NCBI GenBank assembly: GCA_951406725.2
Contig: OX597816.1
Span: 174,220,001 to 174,284,000 of the forward strand
From: Octopus vulgaris
Taxonomy: Eukaryota
Length of the DNA stretch: 64,000 nucleotides
Direction of reading: 5' to 3'
Part shown: piece after piece, positions 10,945-23,693 of the stretch
Layout of the letters: every line of letters begins with the position of its first letter
Position numbering within the stretch: position 1 is the first letter of the stretch
Notes under the pieces: generated by a model
What the model was told of the DNA's origin: nothing
The model's database searches: none
What the model saw: only the letters and a program-made list of their open reading frames with translations
Program-made: the position numbers and the translations under genes

Positions 10945-13148
10945 AAAGAATCCTAACATCAGGCTACAACAAGTAGCCTTAGCTACCAAGAACCCTCTTA
11001 AGTATCCTAGCTGTCCCTAATAACACTGTTTTCTGAAGCTATGCTTAACTGGGTTTTATGCCTATGTCCTCTATCCATCTGTTCAGATCTTTAGGGATAG
11101 TTCTCAATGCACCTATAACTACTGAGATAAATTTTACCAGCACTTTCCATAGTCTCAGTAATTCAATAACTAGGTCCTGGTTCTTTTCTATTTTTTCTAT
11201 ACTTCTCATATTAACTTTTTCACCGTTTGGGACTGTAAAGTCAATTATCTGGCACTTTCTATTCTCTTTATCTACTACTGCTAAATAAGGCCTTCTAGCT
11301 TCTATTACTCAGTCAATCTGAATGTTAAAGTCCCATAACATCTTATATTTCTTACTATCTAGTACTTTACTAGGTTCATGTTCCTACCATTTATCAGTAT
11401 GTTCCAATCCTAGCTTTCTACATAACTCCCGGTGAATTACTCTCCCTAGGTTGTCAAGTCTTTTCTTGTATTCTTTCTCTGCCAGCATACTACTACATCC
11501 ACTTACTATATAAGTAGCACTTTTCTCTTTTGATTTGCATAATCTACATTGGGAATCTACTTGGTTTTTGTCTATCTTGGCTTTTATCTAATTAGTCCTT
11601 AATGCTTGATCCTGTGTAGCTACAAACAAACTTTCTGTCTTCCTCTTCAGCTTTCCTTTCTGCAACCATAACCAAATCTCATTACTACTATTTGCTGCAA
11701 CTATCTTTGGGAATCTACCATGTAACGCCTTCTCCTGCCAGTTGGATAATTTCTATTCTTTTTTCTGGTTTTTAACTTTGTTTGAGTTTTTGGTTTCCCT
11801 ATATCTTGTTGTGACTCTAGCGACTTTTAATAAACTTTCTTCACTATTATCTACATAGGAGTCTATATCTACTCTAGCTAACTCCATGCAGTTTTCTACT
11901 GATATTAACCCACTTCTGCCTTCCTATCAAGGTAAGTATAATCTTGCTACTCCTGCCCTTGGGTGGAGTCCTTTATTCATATTGAATTCCTTCCTAATAT
12001 TTCTGTCAAAGCTTTTCTAATCCAGTTTTTGTCCAATCTACAAAAGCCTCTCAGTATCTAAGTAATAATACTGCCCATGTATTTACAGCCTTCACTAGAT
12101 TCAGACCATCTGGCTTTGACTTCATTAGCTTCTTTACCCTTCTGATGTACTCCTTCTCAATTTTCGTTTTCATTTCTATAGTTAGTACTCTGTCAGATTC
12201 TAATACTCCTAGATACTTATAACTATCTCCTCCTTTCAATGATTTTAATGTCTGGCCAGCTGGTAACTGGATGCTTTCACTGTTGACTGCCTGTCCCCTT
12301 CTCATGACTAATATTGCACACTTATCTATGCCAAATTCCATGCCTTTATCTTTGCTGAAGAGTCTTTCAGTCTGTATTAAGGAATGTCTTTTTCATTCTT
12401 ACTAAAAAGCTTCAGATTATCCATGTAGAGCAAATGGTTAATTTTTATCTTACTATTTCTGAACTGATACCGTGCTTTGCCTTCCTTAATACTAAACTGA
12501 GGGGGATCAAACATAAGTCAAATATCAAAAGAGACAGCAAGTCCCCCTGGAAAATTCCTCTTTCGATATTAACTTTCCCTAAGATCGTGTCACCTGAGTA
12601 GAGATCTACTTTCCATTTCTTCATGCTACAGCTAATTAATTCTCTTATGTTGTTTGCTATATTGAATATATTCAAACATGTCATAAGCTTTCCTATAATC
12701 TATTCATACTATTGTTAGATTTTTCTTTCTCACTTTTACTTCATTTGTCTTGTCTATATGTAATAGATCATGCAACCCTCTAGCCTTCTTCCTGCAACCT
12801 TTCTGTTCTTTTGGTAGTAAATTCTGGCTGTCAAAGTGCTCATAAATGCTTTCTGAAAGCATTTCTGTCAACAGCTTCCACACTAATGGTAAGCAAGGGA
12901 TTGGTCTATAATTGCTAGCTGTATTACCCTTGTTTTTATCTTTCATAAGGAGTATTGTCCTCCCTCCAGTCATCCGATCCAGTATTATTCTCCATTAAGG
13001 CAATCCTGAAGTTGTTCCTTCAGCCTCCCGTGTGAACCACTGAATTTCATTTGCCAGTACCCTTGAACTAAATCTGGTCCTGGGCTCTTCCAATTTGGCA
13101 TTTTCCCTAAAACTTTATTCATTAATGCACTAGCTCTGGTTGCTTTAC
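10945..13148 (-). mobile_element. Dong/R4-like non-LTR retrotransposon (decayed RT plus RLE)
   Basis: WKSPGPD, NYRPIPCLPLVWKLLT, GIFQGDLLS, YMDNLKL, FGIDKCA and YKYLGVLE motifs; 5' end abuts (TCA/TTA)n. Confidence 0.9.
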
Positions 13149-13152
13149 TATT

Positions 13153-13217
<65 letters not shown>

Positions 13218-13220
13218 CAA

Positions 13221-13435
13221 GGCAGCAAGCTGGCAGAATCGTTAGCATGCCAGGCAAAATGCTTCGTGGTATTTCGCCTTTTGCTACATTCTGAGTTCAA
13301 ATTCCACTGAGGTCGACTTTGCTTTTCATCCTTTTGGGGTTGATAAATTAAGTACCAATGAAACACTGGGGTCAATGAAATCGACTTGTCCCCTCCCCCA
13401 AAATTTCAGGCCTTGTGCCTTTAGTAGAAAGGTTT
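13221..13435 (+). mobile_element. tRNA-derived SINE family B
   Basis: GGCAGCAAGCTGGCAGAATCGTTAGC head, GAGTTCAAATTCC B box, GGTCGACTTTGC core; many copies in the window. Confidence 0.85.
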
Positions 13436-13939
13436 ATTATTCATCTATGAAGGTTGATGTAACTTACACAAAGGTGTGATATGGTTTGTGATAATAGAGT
13501 TTGACTTTGCTTATTGAATTGAGCAATGTTTTAACAGTATACCAGTCTTCCTTTAGTTCAGAATTTAAAAAAATATGCAGAAATACAAAAATTCAAAGTT
13601 TGAACAGAATATTCTCTGTTCCTTTTTAGACAAAATGATATCAATATTTTTTTTGTAACTAGTAACAAGAGAAAAGAAAAAAAAATACAGATAAGCAAAC
13701 ACTTAGTCAAAAAGTGTTGTGTAAATGTGATCAAATTCTGTCATTTGTTTATTCCTCCAGAGGGTGACATTAGTAACTCACTAATATATTTATCCTCATA
13801 TGTTTTGAAGAGTGGAATTATAGTGGAATCAGAATATTTCCTGAGAGTGTGTATTTTCAAGTGTTTTTCAAATTAAAAGTCCCTCTCTCTCTCTCTCTCT
13901 CTTTCGGAGAGGCACAAGCTCCTACACGCACATATACAC

Positions 13940-14090
13940 ACACGGCAGTAACTTCCACCTACCGAATTCAATCACAAAGCTCCGGTCGGCTCGGGGCTAT
14001 AGTGAAAGACACCTACCCAAAGTGCCACGCAGCGGGACTGAACCTGAAACCATATAGCTAGGAAGCAAGCTCCCTAACCACACAGCCATG
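13940..14090 (-). mobile_element. SINE family A, diverged 5' part
   Basis: Similarity to the 5' half of 4249-4660. Confidence 0.7.
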
Positions 14091-14199
14091 TCATTTGATG
14101 TAAAATATTCTGCAAGTTCAGTTGAACTACTGTTATTGTGCCTAACATCATACCTATGCTCATTGAATCTCATCTCATCTTATCTTCTTCTTCACCCAC

Positions 14200-14920
14200 T
14201 TATTCCTGGGAGGGTCTTCTCAGAAGCAACCATCTGCAATTGATTGAGCTGGATCTTCAAGTCCAGCCAAGTCAAGATTGAGATATTCATCCTCTCAAAG
14301 AAGCCTGTGCAATGCATTCTACAAGGGAATTTCACCGAAGCAGGTGGAGAAGTTTAGGTATTTTGGGGCTGTTTTCATGAGAGATGGAAGGCAAGGGGCT
14401 ACGAAAATTGCAGTTTCAGCATTCCATCTGAATCTTTACTACCCACAAGGGGCTAAACACAGAGGGGACAAACAAGGACAGACAAACGGATTAAGTTGAT
14501 TACATCGACCCCAGTGCGTAACTGGTACTTAATTTATCGACCCCGAAAGGATGAAAGGCAAAGTCGACCTCGGCGGAATTTGAACTCAGAACGCATTCCA
14601 TCATCAGAAAACTCACTATCTTTAATTCAGTGTTTCATACTTATTCATCATGAATCTTGAGTAATGACCAAAAGAATATGATTGTGGATTCAAATGGCTG
14701 ATATGGAGTTCCAGTAGAGGGGCTTTGAAGTAACATTACACTCAACAGAGTACATTGACCAGAAATCAGAGAGATACTCTAGGTAGAGCCACTACTTCTA
14801 TAAATTGAGAGATCAGAACTCCAATACTACAGATATGCATTAAGAATATTTGGGATAAGAATGGCTAGACAGGTTTTATGGGAAAAACTAAATGGCAGGA
14901 GACCCATGGGTAGATTACAA
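14200..14920 (+). mobile_element. RTE-like LINE 3' fragment interrupted by a SINE
   Basis: KQVEKFRYFGAVF motif with decayed downstream RTE-like sequence. Confidence 0.55.
14429..14592 (-). mobile_element. SINE family B, 5'-truncated, with 10-bp TSD
   Basis: GCATTCCATC at 14419-14428 and 14593-14602. Confidence 0.88.
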
Positions 14921-15519
14921 GCCCATTAGATCATTTATTTAGTTTTCTGTTGTGCAAACAACATCAATTTGTGCTTGGTGCATTCCACTGCATATACTGA
15001 ATTGGAATCCTTAAAGGTCCCACCTTAGTATAAATCATAACATTTCTGTTATAATTTGTGAAGGAATTGACTTGACTTGGGTTGTTGATTTGGTCTATCT
15101 TCTCTCTTTCCAAAAATATATTCCTCCCACTGTTCACTATTTTCCCCTCATTCTGGTCTAATGACCTTCCATATTTGTTTCCATTTGGTTTCCTTGTATA
15201 TCTCCACTGTCATGTTTTTGTTTCCAACTTTGACCCTCCATAAATCCTAAATTTTATTTCAGAATTAATGGAAGCAACTGTCTTTGAAGACTCATATTGC
15301 CGTTGAATGCTTGAAATGAGGAGAAGGTAAACAGCTGATAACTAATGAAGGGTCTTTCTCTGTGTTTACTTGTCCTGTTCTCCATTTTCTCTTCATTGTT
15401 TATGTATTTAACCCGTTTGTTTATGTATTTCATGTTGTTTGAACTGTTGGCGATGTCCAATAACCGTATATGTATGTATATGTATATATATATATATATT
15501 ATTTACTATTTATTGTTTA

Positions 15520-15833
15520 ATTGCACCATCTGAACACCATCTGAGCGTGATCATTGCCAGAGCAGCTGACTGGCTTCCATGCCGGTGGCATGCGATAAAA
15601 TATTTGAGCGAGGTCATTGCCAGTACCGCTGAACTGGCTCCTGTGCAGGTGGCATGTAAAAAAAAGCACCCACTATACTCTCGGAGTGGTTGGCATTAGG
15701 AAGGGCATCCAGCTATAGAAACTTTGCTAGATCAAGATTGGAGCCTGGTGCAGCCATCTAGTTCGCTAGTCCTCAGTCAAATCGTCCAACCCATGCCAGC
15801 ATGGAAATCGGATGTTAAACGATGATGATGATG
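15520..15833 (+). mobile_element. SINE-like family C
   Basis: Internal units, family 3' end and (GAT)n tail. Confidence 0.8.
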
Positions 15834-15915
15834 AACGTCACAGATCCATTTCTAAGTATGTGTGTATATATATACTGTGTTCCCAACACTCGGCATCATA
15901 ATTTAGGGGCCCTTA

Positions 15916-15955
<40 letters not shown>

Positions 15956-15979
15956 CTATATTATTTAATTGAACATAAG

Positions 15980-16030
<51 letters not shown>

Positions 16031-16043
16031 ACATACATATAAG

Positions 16044-16231
16044 AGGGATTACCACTATGTGGACACCCTAATACTAGAAGTAGATCCGCTATGGTCTTAC
16101 CACTAAGAATTGTTCTCTAGAAAATTTAGCAAACACCAGAAATTGCTAAATTTTCTAGAGAACAATTCTTAGTGGTAAGACCATAGCGGATCTACTTCTA
16201 GCATTAGGGTGTCCACATAGTGGTAATCCCT
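16044..16231. repeat. Near-perfect fold-back hairpin (89-bp arms, 10-nt loop) inside a (TA)n-flanked insertion
   Basis: 16044-16132 is the reverse complement of 16143-16231 with one mismatch. Confidence 0.95.
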
Positions 16232-16381
16232 TTTGTAATATGTAATACTATTTACTGAGCCTCAGCTTTTTAATATGCTAGACCACTGGTGTTAAATTGA
16301 TGCTATTAAATTGATATCCAATTTTTCACCCTCATTTTAATTTTAATTATATATATATATATGTACTTTATATAACATGTA

Positions 16382-17673
16382 CGAGGGGCGTTCAATAAGT
16401 AATGCCTCTGACCCACTTGCCGTTGATTGATCTAGCTGAGATTTTGCATGTGTAATTATTTATATCTCTATAGATTAAGTGGCAAATTACAGTTCCGAAC
16501 TAATAGTGGTTTCTGATTTACATGTGTTTGAAATGAGTCAAGTGGGAAATGGAGCCTGTTGAGTGTCGAGAAGTGATCCGGTTTTCGTATTTAAAATGAC
16601 GCACACCACAGGAGACTTTTAATGAAATGAAAATAACTTATGGTGATGATGCCCCATAATATGTCCTTGTAAAACGCTGGCATCGTGAATTCAAACATGG
16701 TCGGAACTCTGTGGAAACAGCTCCCAGATCTGGTCGCACCCCTTCTGCCATTGATGAGGCATCTGTCCGTCAAGTTGAGGCTGCCATTTTGGAAGATCGA
16801 CGCATAACTATTCGCCAAATAGCCCATGAGGTCAAGATTAGTACCGGGTCTGTGGAAACTATCATTCATGACCATTTGCATATGCAAAAGGTGTCTGCCA
16901 GAGGGATTCCCAGGTTGCTCACACTTTTCCTGAAGCAAGAACGCGTCGAGTGCTCGAGGATGAATTTAGGGATGTGCCAAGAAGATGAGTCAAAATTTTT
17001 CAAAAGACAGATTACACAGGATGAGACCTGGGTCCTTCACCTTGATCCAGAGACCAAAGCCCAGTCAATGCAGTGGAAACACCATGACTCACCTCCTCCA
17101 AAGAAGGCAAGGGTGCAGCCCTCCGCTGGCAAGGTCATGCTCACAGTCTTCTGGGACCAGGACGGAGTAGTGATGACAGATTTCCTGGCAAAGGGTACCA
17201 CAATTACAGGAGCCTATTATGCTTCACTTTTGAGGAAATTAAGAAAAGCTATCAAAACCAAGAGGCGGGGCAAGATCAGCAAAGGCATCCTCCTCCTGCA
17301 GGACAACGCTCCGGTCCACAACTCGTGTGTCGCCAGATCAGAAGCACAGGCGTGCTGCTATGAACACTTCCCCCATCCCCCTACTCTCCTGATCTTGCAC
17401 CCTCTGATTTTCACCTCTTCCCAGCCATGAAGTTGTTTTTGAAAGGAAAGCGTTTCCCAGATGATGCAGCCTTGATTTCTGAAGTCACGTCGTGGTTGGA
17501 GGACCAAGCTGGGGTCTTCTATGAAAACGGTCTCCAGAGCTGTATCAAACGATGGGAGAAATGCGTAACTCTGGGTTGTTCCTATGCTGAAAAAGACTAA
17601 TACCTGTGCCAAGTTTCGTTGCTCTACTGCTATGGGAAGTGGGTCAGGGGCATTACTTATTGAACGCCCCTCG
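16382..17673 (+). mobile_element. Mariner (DD34D) transposon, full length, defective transposase
   Basis: 37-bp TIRs CGAGGGGCGTTCAATAAGTAATGCC(T/C)CTGACCCACTT and TA TSD; ORF 16549-17600 with DETW, QDNAPVH and YSPDLAPSDFHLF; two early stops and one frameshift. Confidence 0.97.
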
Positions 17674-17716
17674 TACTTTATTGTACTTTATATAAACTTT
17701 ATATGTACTTTATATC

Positions 17717-17868
17717 AACATGTATTTTATTGAAAAGAATTGAGTAATTCTTCAGTTTAACAGTAAATTGTTTTTATATATAAATTGACATGAAACAAAC
17801 ATCAGTATATATACATATATATATATAAACTGAAGAATTTCTCAATTCTTTTCAATAAAGTACATGTT
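17717..17868. repeat. Inverted repeat, ~43-bp arms around a (TA)n-containing spacer
   Basis: AACATGTATTTTATTGAAAAGAATTGAGTAATTCTTCAGTTTA versus its reverse complement, two mismatches. Confidence 0.85.
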
Positions 17869-19329
17869 TATAAAACTTTGACAAGAAGGCTATCAATAAC
17901 TTCAAAGTTTTAGCTGACTAGACTTTGTCAGATAGTTATAGTGACTTTGAAGTCACTGTTTTCCATACAATTTGAACAATTTGAAAGCATCTTATGAGTT
18001 GGAGGACCATGTTGTGCTCCAATTTCTCAGCAGTGGCATGGTTTCTATGGCAACCACTTTACAAAGTGCTCTGGGTACTTTTTTTTATGGCAGCATCATC
18101 TATGGCAACATCACCTGACAGAGACATTACAAGTGAATGGAAAATAAGAGAGAAGAAAAAAAGAAGAACAGATTTATTCTTTGAGAGAAGAAAGCAACAT
18201 AGTAGACACTGTTGGGAGAGGGTTAGTGAGAGGAAGAGAGGGACAAAGCAAACAAAAGGGAGAGAAGGACAGCGCAAAGATGATGGGTGAGTTCTATAGA
18301 AGGGATCCAGTGCTATTGTTATAAGGACGAATATTGATGAAAGATGTTGTGGAAAGGAAACATGAAATGGGAAAGGTGAGAATCTGGAGAGGTCCATGAA
18401 GAGAGGTGGGATTATGGATAAATAAAGAGAGTAAAAGAGAGAGGGAGGAAGAGAGAGTGTTGAAAAGTAAAAGATGAATGCAGAGAAATAATGGAGAGGA
18501 AGAAAGGCAGTGGGCAGCTGAAGGTAAGTGCAGCAAGAGCATCCCAACTATTAACATTCCTCTTGTTAGTACACTCTCTACCATGCTTGCCTGAGTCAGC
18601 AGGTTTTCTACAGAACAGCATGTACAAGAGTTGTACTTGAATTGGAGTCAAAAAATTTGTGATATTGCACCAATGTATGAAATTATTGTCTACTGTGTCA
18701 GCACTGAAGTCCATCACTATCAGAGAAACTTCAGCAATACGAAAGAATTCATGTTTCAGCCATTTAAGTATCTTATATCTTCATCTGGTTGGCTAGTATT
18801 GCATCAGGACACCCTACTCAGTATCTCCGTCAATGTTTTTCTCCCTTTCTTTTATTCAGGCTGAAGGTTTCCAGTGCTAAGATTTAACGCCTGAATTGGA
18901 CACCCACCACCTGGTCACCATCACTATTATTTCTTCCAATGCAAGAAAACTTATCTATACAGTCTATTTCAATACATAGAATCTTTCAATATGCAGCCTG
19001 CAATTTCAGTAAATATCTTTGTGTCTTTTTTTTTTTTTGTGTGTGTGGTGGGTAGTTGTTGCTGCTATTCCCTATATCAGCCTTGAACAAGCAGACCTAT
19101 TATCATAGACAGTCTATGTCTTCATTCCAGACACAGCATATCTAAAAACACATTATCCAAAATACCATTCATTTTTAAGATGTTAGCTTGGGTCTCCTTG
19201 CTAGTTTGTTTGTGCGTGAGTATTGTTTTCCATATTTTCTTTTCACTTGTTGAGTCTGGAAGAAGGGTCATTGCCCAGGACTTTTGCAAGATGAGCTTCA
19301 TGTAGTTTTAATGTTCCACTTAAATGTTG

Positions 19330-20045
19330 CAGGTCAATACTTGCAGTAAAGACACGATCAGAGAGAAAATTCTAGAGGGCTGATGTTCTGAAGAGAAAGG
19401 ACTGGAAATAATGGTTTATGTGGGGCTAAGAGGTAGACTACCAGAGAGGTTGAAAGAGATGTGGGATGGGGGTACTTGGGCAGTGGAGATACAAGCTGAG
19501 CTAGCTCCAAGGAATAGAGTTTATAGAGGCAGTCACAGAAAATACTAAGAGAGAATACAAAACACATTATGAGTCAGAGGCTGGAGTATATTCATTAGTA
19601 ATTGAACACTGATTAATTGATTGGCTCTTCTCTGGATGCAGTTCTGAATGTTTGTATGCATAATAACAGCATTGACCCAGATGTGGGAGAAGTATTCCAT
19701 TATGAACCTCACTTGAACCTTGTAGAGTTTCAGCGGCTTTTGCAGGGGGGCTGAAGTATTTCCAAACCATGCAGAGAAGAGCAGGCTTCAGGATGCCGTT
19801 CTAGGTATGTTGAGGATATTCTTTTACCAAGGGAAATTTTTGGTGATAGCAAGGCCCAAAATTTGAAGTGATCACGAGAACTCTAGCTTGGTGTTGTTCA
19901 AGTTTAGTGGGGTGTGGTATGATTGTGATTTCTTGATATGAGTAGTGCTTAGTATTTTTACTGTAGAAGCCATACTAGTAATCACTAAGGGGACTGAGAA
20001 AGAGAGAGATTCAAGGTGTTGGAGGACATCATTGTTAATAGGTAT
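19330..20045 (-). mobile_element. CR1/L2/Jockey-group LINE RT C-terminal fragment (decayed)
   Basis: Pieces resembling FKFLGL, KYFSP, LYKVQVRFIMEY.SHIW and LYSLELAQLVSPL. Confidence 0.55.
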
Positions 20046-20544
20046 CTGTGGGTGTGTATGTGTGTATATGTAGATGTCTGAGTGTATGAGTGTGTGTATG
20101 CAAACATGTTTGTGTATTGGTGTCATGATGTGTGTGTGTGTACATGTTTATGTGTGGATGTGTGTGTTGGAAACAGAGATGGAAAACAGAGAGACAGACA
20201 GACAGAATTAGTTCATGAAATATTCAAAAGCCCCCAAAGAAAAATATAACCAAAAACAATGCAACAATAAACTAATCAGTAAATAAGAAAAAAGTTATAA
20301 CAACAAAATAAACAAAAGTAATAGAGAAGTCAGAGAGAATTAAGTAAATGATCTGATGGCATTTTCCTTCTCTTATAAAGGACAAGTAATTTACTTTATA
20401 TACCACCATTACACTACAGATAGAAGTTGCTATATGTGTGCATGTATACTTGTATGTATACATAATTATCTACCTATTTATCTACACCCCCCACACACAT
20501 TTATGCATACATTATACACAGATGTATATGCATATACAGACATT

Positions 20545-20650
20545 CATATATATATATATATATATATACTTGTTCCACGTCCTCGCGTTGTTGTGTTTTC
20601 TCTTTGTGTTTTCATGTTTGGATTAACTATATATATTTATATATATATAT

Positions 20651-20687
<37 letters not shown>

Positions 20688-20707
20688 GATAGATAGATAG
20701 ATAGATT

Positions 20708-20741
<34 letters not shown>

Positions 20742-20775
20742 CAGACAAACAAATATATATAGAGAGAGAGAGAGT
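20545..20775. repeat. Compound microsatellite (TA)/(CA)/(GATA)/(GA) with a ~60-bp unique insert
   Basis: Directly visible. Confidence 0.9.
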
Positions 20776-21461
20776 GAGAGACAAATACCCACACATACAT
20801 ATATCTATACTTAGATATATGTACACATGTATCAGGAGTTATTTGAAACAAATTCTAGAAACATTAAATTTACATGCAGTTAACATTGTGTGTGTGTGTG
20901 TGTGCGTGTGTGTGTACATTTACACACAGAAACATACCGAGAATAAACTCTGTAAATGCTAAACAAAATGTCAAACTACAATACCCTTTCCAAAGATCAA
21001 TACTCTAGTGGAAACAAATACACTTACACACATACAACACACACTTGTGTACATGAACACGCGCACACACATACAATTTTGCATGTAAATACATATATGT
21101 TACATGCATGCATTTATATATATTGCAACAGAAAATGCTGTCCTTTTCTAAGCAACATGACTTTATTCATTGCAATAAATTATTTAAAAACCATTCCTCG
21201 TTAGTTTTATATTACAATTAAAACAGCACCACCAGCAGTAATAAGTTTCTTACATCAGCTGATAGACAGAAATGTGTTGCAGGGGATGGATGTACATGAT
21301 TCAGTCAATTCTGATACATGCCTGGGACTATTTTATCAACTCTAGAATAAAGGAATGCAATGATGACATCTAGGATTAAGGAAGTAGAAAGAAGGACAAT
21401 CAAATATTATTCAAGCAGACTACCATTTCTACCACTCCACTGTTCTCAGCACTATAATTAT

Positions 21462-21691
21462 ATTTCTTTACTACGCACAAGGGGCTAAACACAGAGGAGA
21501 CAAACAAGGACAGACAAACAGATTAAGTCGATTACATCGATCCCAGTGCGTAACTGGTACTTAATTTATCAACCCCGGAAGGATGAAAGGCAAAGTCGAC
21601 CTCGGCGGAATTTGAACTCGGAACGTAACGGCAGACGAAATACGGCAATGCATTTCGCCCGGCGTGCTAACGTTTCTGCCAGCTCGCCGCC
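21462..21691 (-). mobile_element. SINE family B, full length
   Basis: Minus strand starts GGCGGCGAGCTGGCAGAAACGTTAGC; CpG-rich. Confidence 0.9.
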
Positions 21692-21743
21692 TATAATAAT
21701 TATTGTTTCTAATATAGGTACAAGACCGGAAATTTGGTGTGTA

Positions 21744-21790
<47 letters not shown>

Positions 21791-21989
21791 TGAGGTGAGT
21801 TAATCTATTAAATTTACCCCAGTATTTCACTAGCATTTTATCAATCCCAAAAGAACTAAAGGCAAAGTTAACCTCAGCAAGATATGAATTCAGAATGTAA
21901 AAGAACCAGAGCAAATATCATAGATGCACTTTTTCATTTTTAAATGTATCCAAAAACTGCTCTGTGTCTAATGTGGCTGTATTAATGGG

Positions 21990-23642
21990 TAGGAGATTGA
22001 ACAAAATAGACTAAGGAGCAAGATGAGCATAAGTCTAATGGACACAAAATTGATACTAATAGCAAAATATTGTATAAGTATGCCGTGTTAATTATGAAGA
22101 GAGGTTGAAACACAAGCTCTGATGGTATAAAATTACCATATGATAATATCATTAGATTGCCGTGGAATAATAAAGCATATGAATTCCTAGAAATGCTGCA
22201 AGGCAATAGGAAAATGAAAGAAGAAATGAAAGGGAAAATCTCCAAAGAGTAAAAGAGAAGAATTAGGAAGGTGCTCAAAGCAAAATTAAACAGAGGGAGT
22301 ATCATTAAAGCAATAAATGCATGGACTATGCCAGCATTAAGATATTCCTCTCTCTTTCTAAAAACAGACAAAGATCAAGCTACAGAACTTAAATAGAAGA
22401 ATTAGGAATCTGTTCACAATACACAATGCACATCACCCTATAAGTAATACCTATTTCTTTACTACCCACAAGGGGCTAAACACAGAGAAGACAAACAAGG
22501 ACAGACAATCGGATTAAGTAGATTATATCAATGCCCAGTGCGTAACTGGTACTTATTTAATTGACCCCGAAAGGATGAAAGGCAAAGTCGACCTCGGCAG
22601 AATTTGAACTCAGAACGTAGCGGCAGACGAAATACTGCTAAGCATTTCGCCCAGCGTGCTAATGATTCTGCCAGCTCGCCGCCCTATAAGTAATACCATC
22701 AGATTCAACCTACCAACAAAGAAAGGAGGTAGAGGATTACTAAACACAGAAGATACTATTAATGCTGTGATATTGGTGTTGTAAAATTATGTCGAACAGT
22801 GTGAAGGAAAAATACTATTGACAGCTATAGATCTCCAAAAAATAATTGAAACAGGAGAATTCAAGAACAGAGGGAAGAACAACAGAACAAGCAAATGGAA
22901 AGAAATGGAATTATATGATGAATACATGCAACAAAGCGAAAATGCCGGAAGTAGTGAATGCTGATTATGGCTGATGGATAGAAACCTGAAACAAGAGAAC
23001 AAATTACCAATTATAGCCATTACAGGAACAAGCCATTAAGATCAACAAAACTCAGAGTGCATTTATAAAATCTGCTGGTAAGGAGATGAAAGTATTAATC
23101 ATATCTTGAGTGAATACAGGAAGCTAGCACAAAAAGAGTATAAATACAAGTATGACTGTATAGGTAAAGGAATGCATTGGGAGGTTAGTCAAATGTGTGG
23201 TTCCAAAATAACAAGAACCAGAGGGTGTGATGGAGAATAAGAATTACAAGATTAAAGGTTGACCATACTATTGAAGCAAGAAGACTAAATATGATTATAG
23301 AAGATAAAATAAACAATGTAAGATCAAAGACTCTGCAATACCATATGATAAGAGAAATTGAAAAGATTGAGAAATATCAAGACTTAGCCAGAGGGTTGAA
23401 GAGATTGTGGAAGTCTAAGACAACAGTTTTTTCTGTGTAATCGGTGCACTTGGCACAACGCCCAAACTGGAACCTAAGAGACTCAAAGGTATTTGAATAG
23501 AGACTTGCATTGTTGACCTGTAGAAAGTGACATCATGTATTCTGCAAGAATCCTAAGAAAGATTCTTGAAATTTGAAGACACTTTTGCCAGCAAACCTCA
23601 ACATAACATTCTTGCTAATTAAATTAGCATGTAATAGCTTCG

Positions 23643-23643
<1 letters not shown>
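21990..23643 (+). mobile_element. Dong/R4-like LINE, heavily decayed 3' half
   Basis: Pieces resembling FGLDKC, IIKAINAWTMP, KGGRGL, IEKYQDLA and IGALG; ends at (TAA)n. Confidence 0.75.
22452..22681 (-). mobile_element. SINE family B inserted in a LINE, with ~16-bp TSD
   Basis: CCCTATAAGTAATACC at 22436-22451 and 22682-22697. Confidence 0.92.

Positions 23644-23692
<49 letters not shown>

Positions 23693-23693
<1 letters not shown>

Noticed and set aside
15325-15365. Hammerhead-like CTAATGAAG motif
   Set aside because: No downstream GAAA or helices could be assigned
18059-18584. Hydrophobic ORFs of 96-162 aa
   Set aside because: Antisense translations of a purine-rich low-complexity tract
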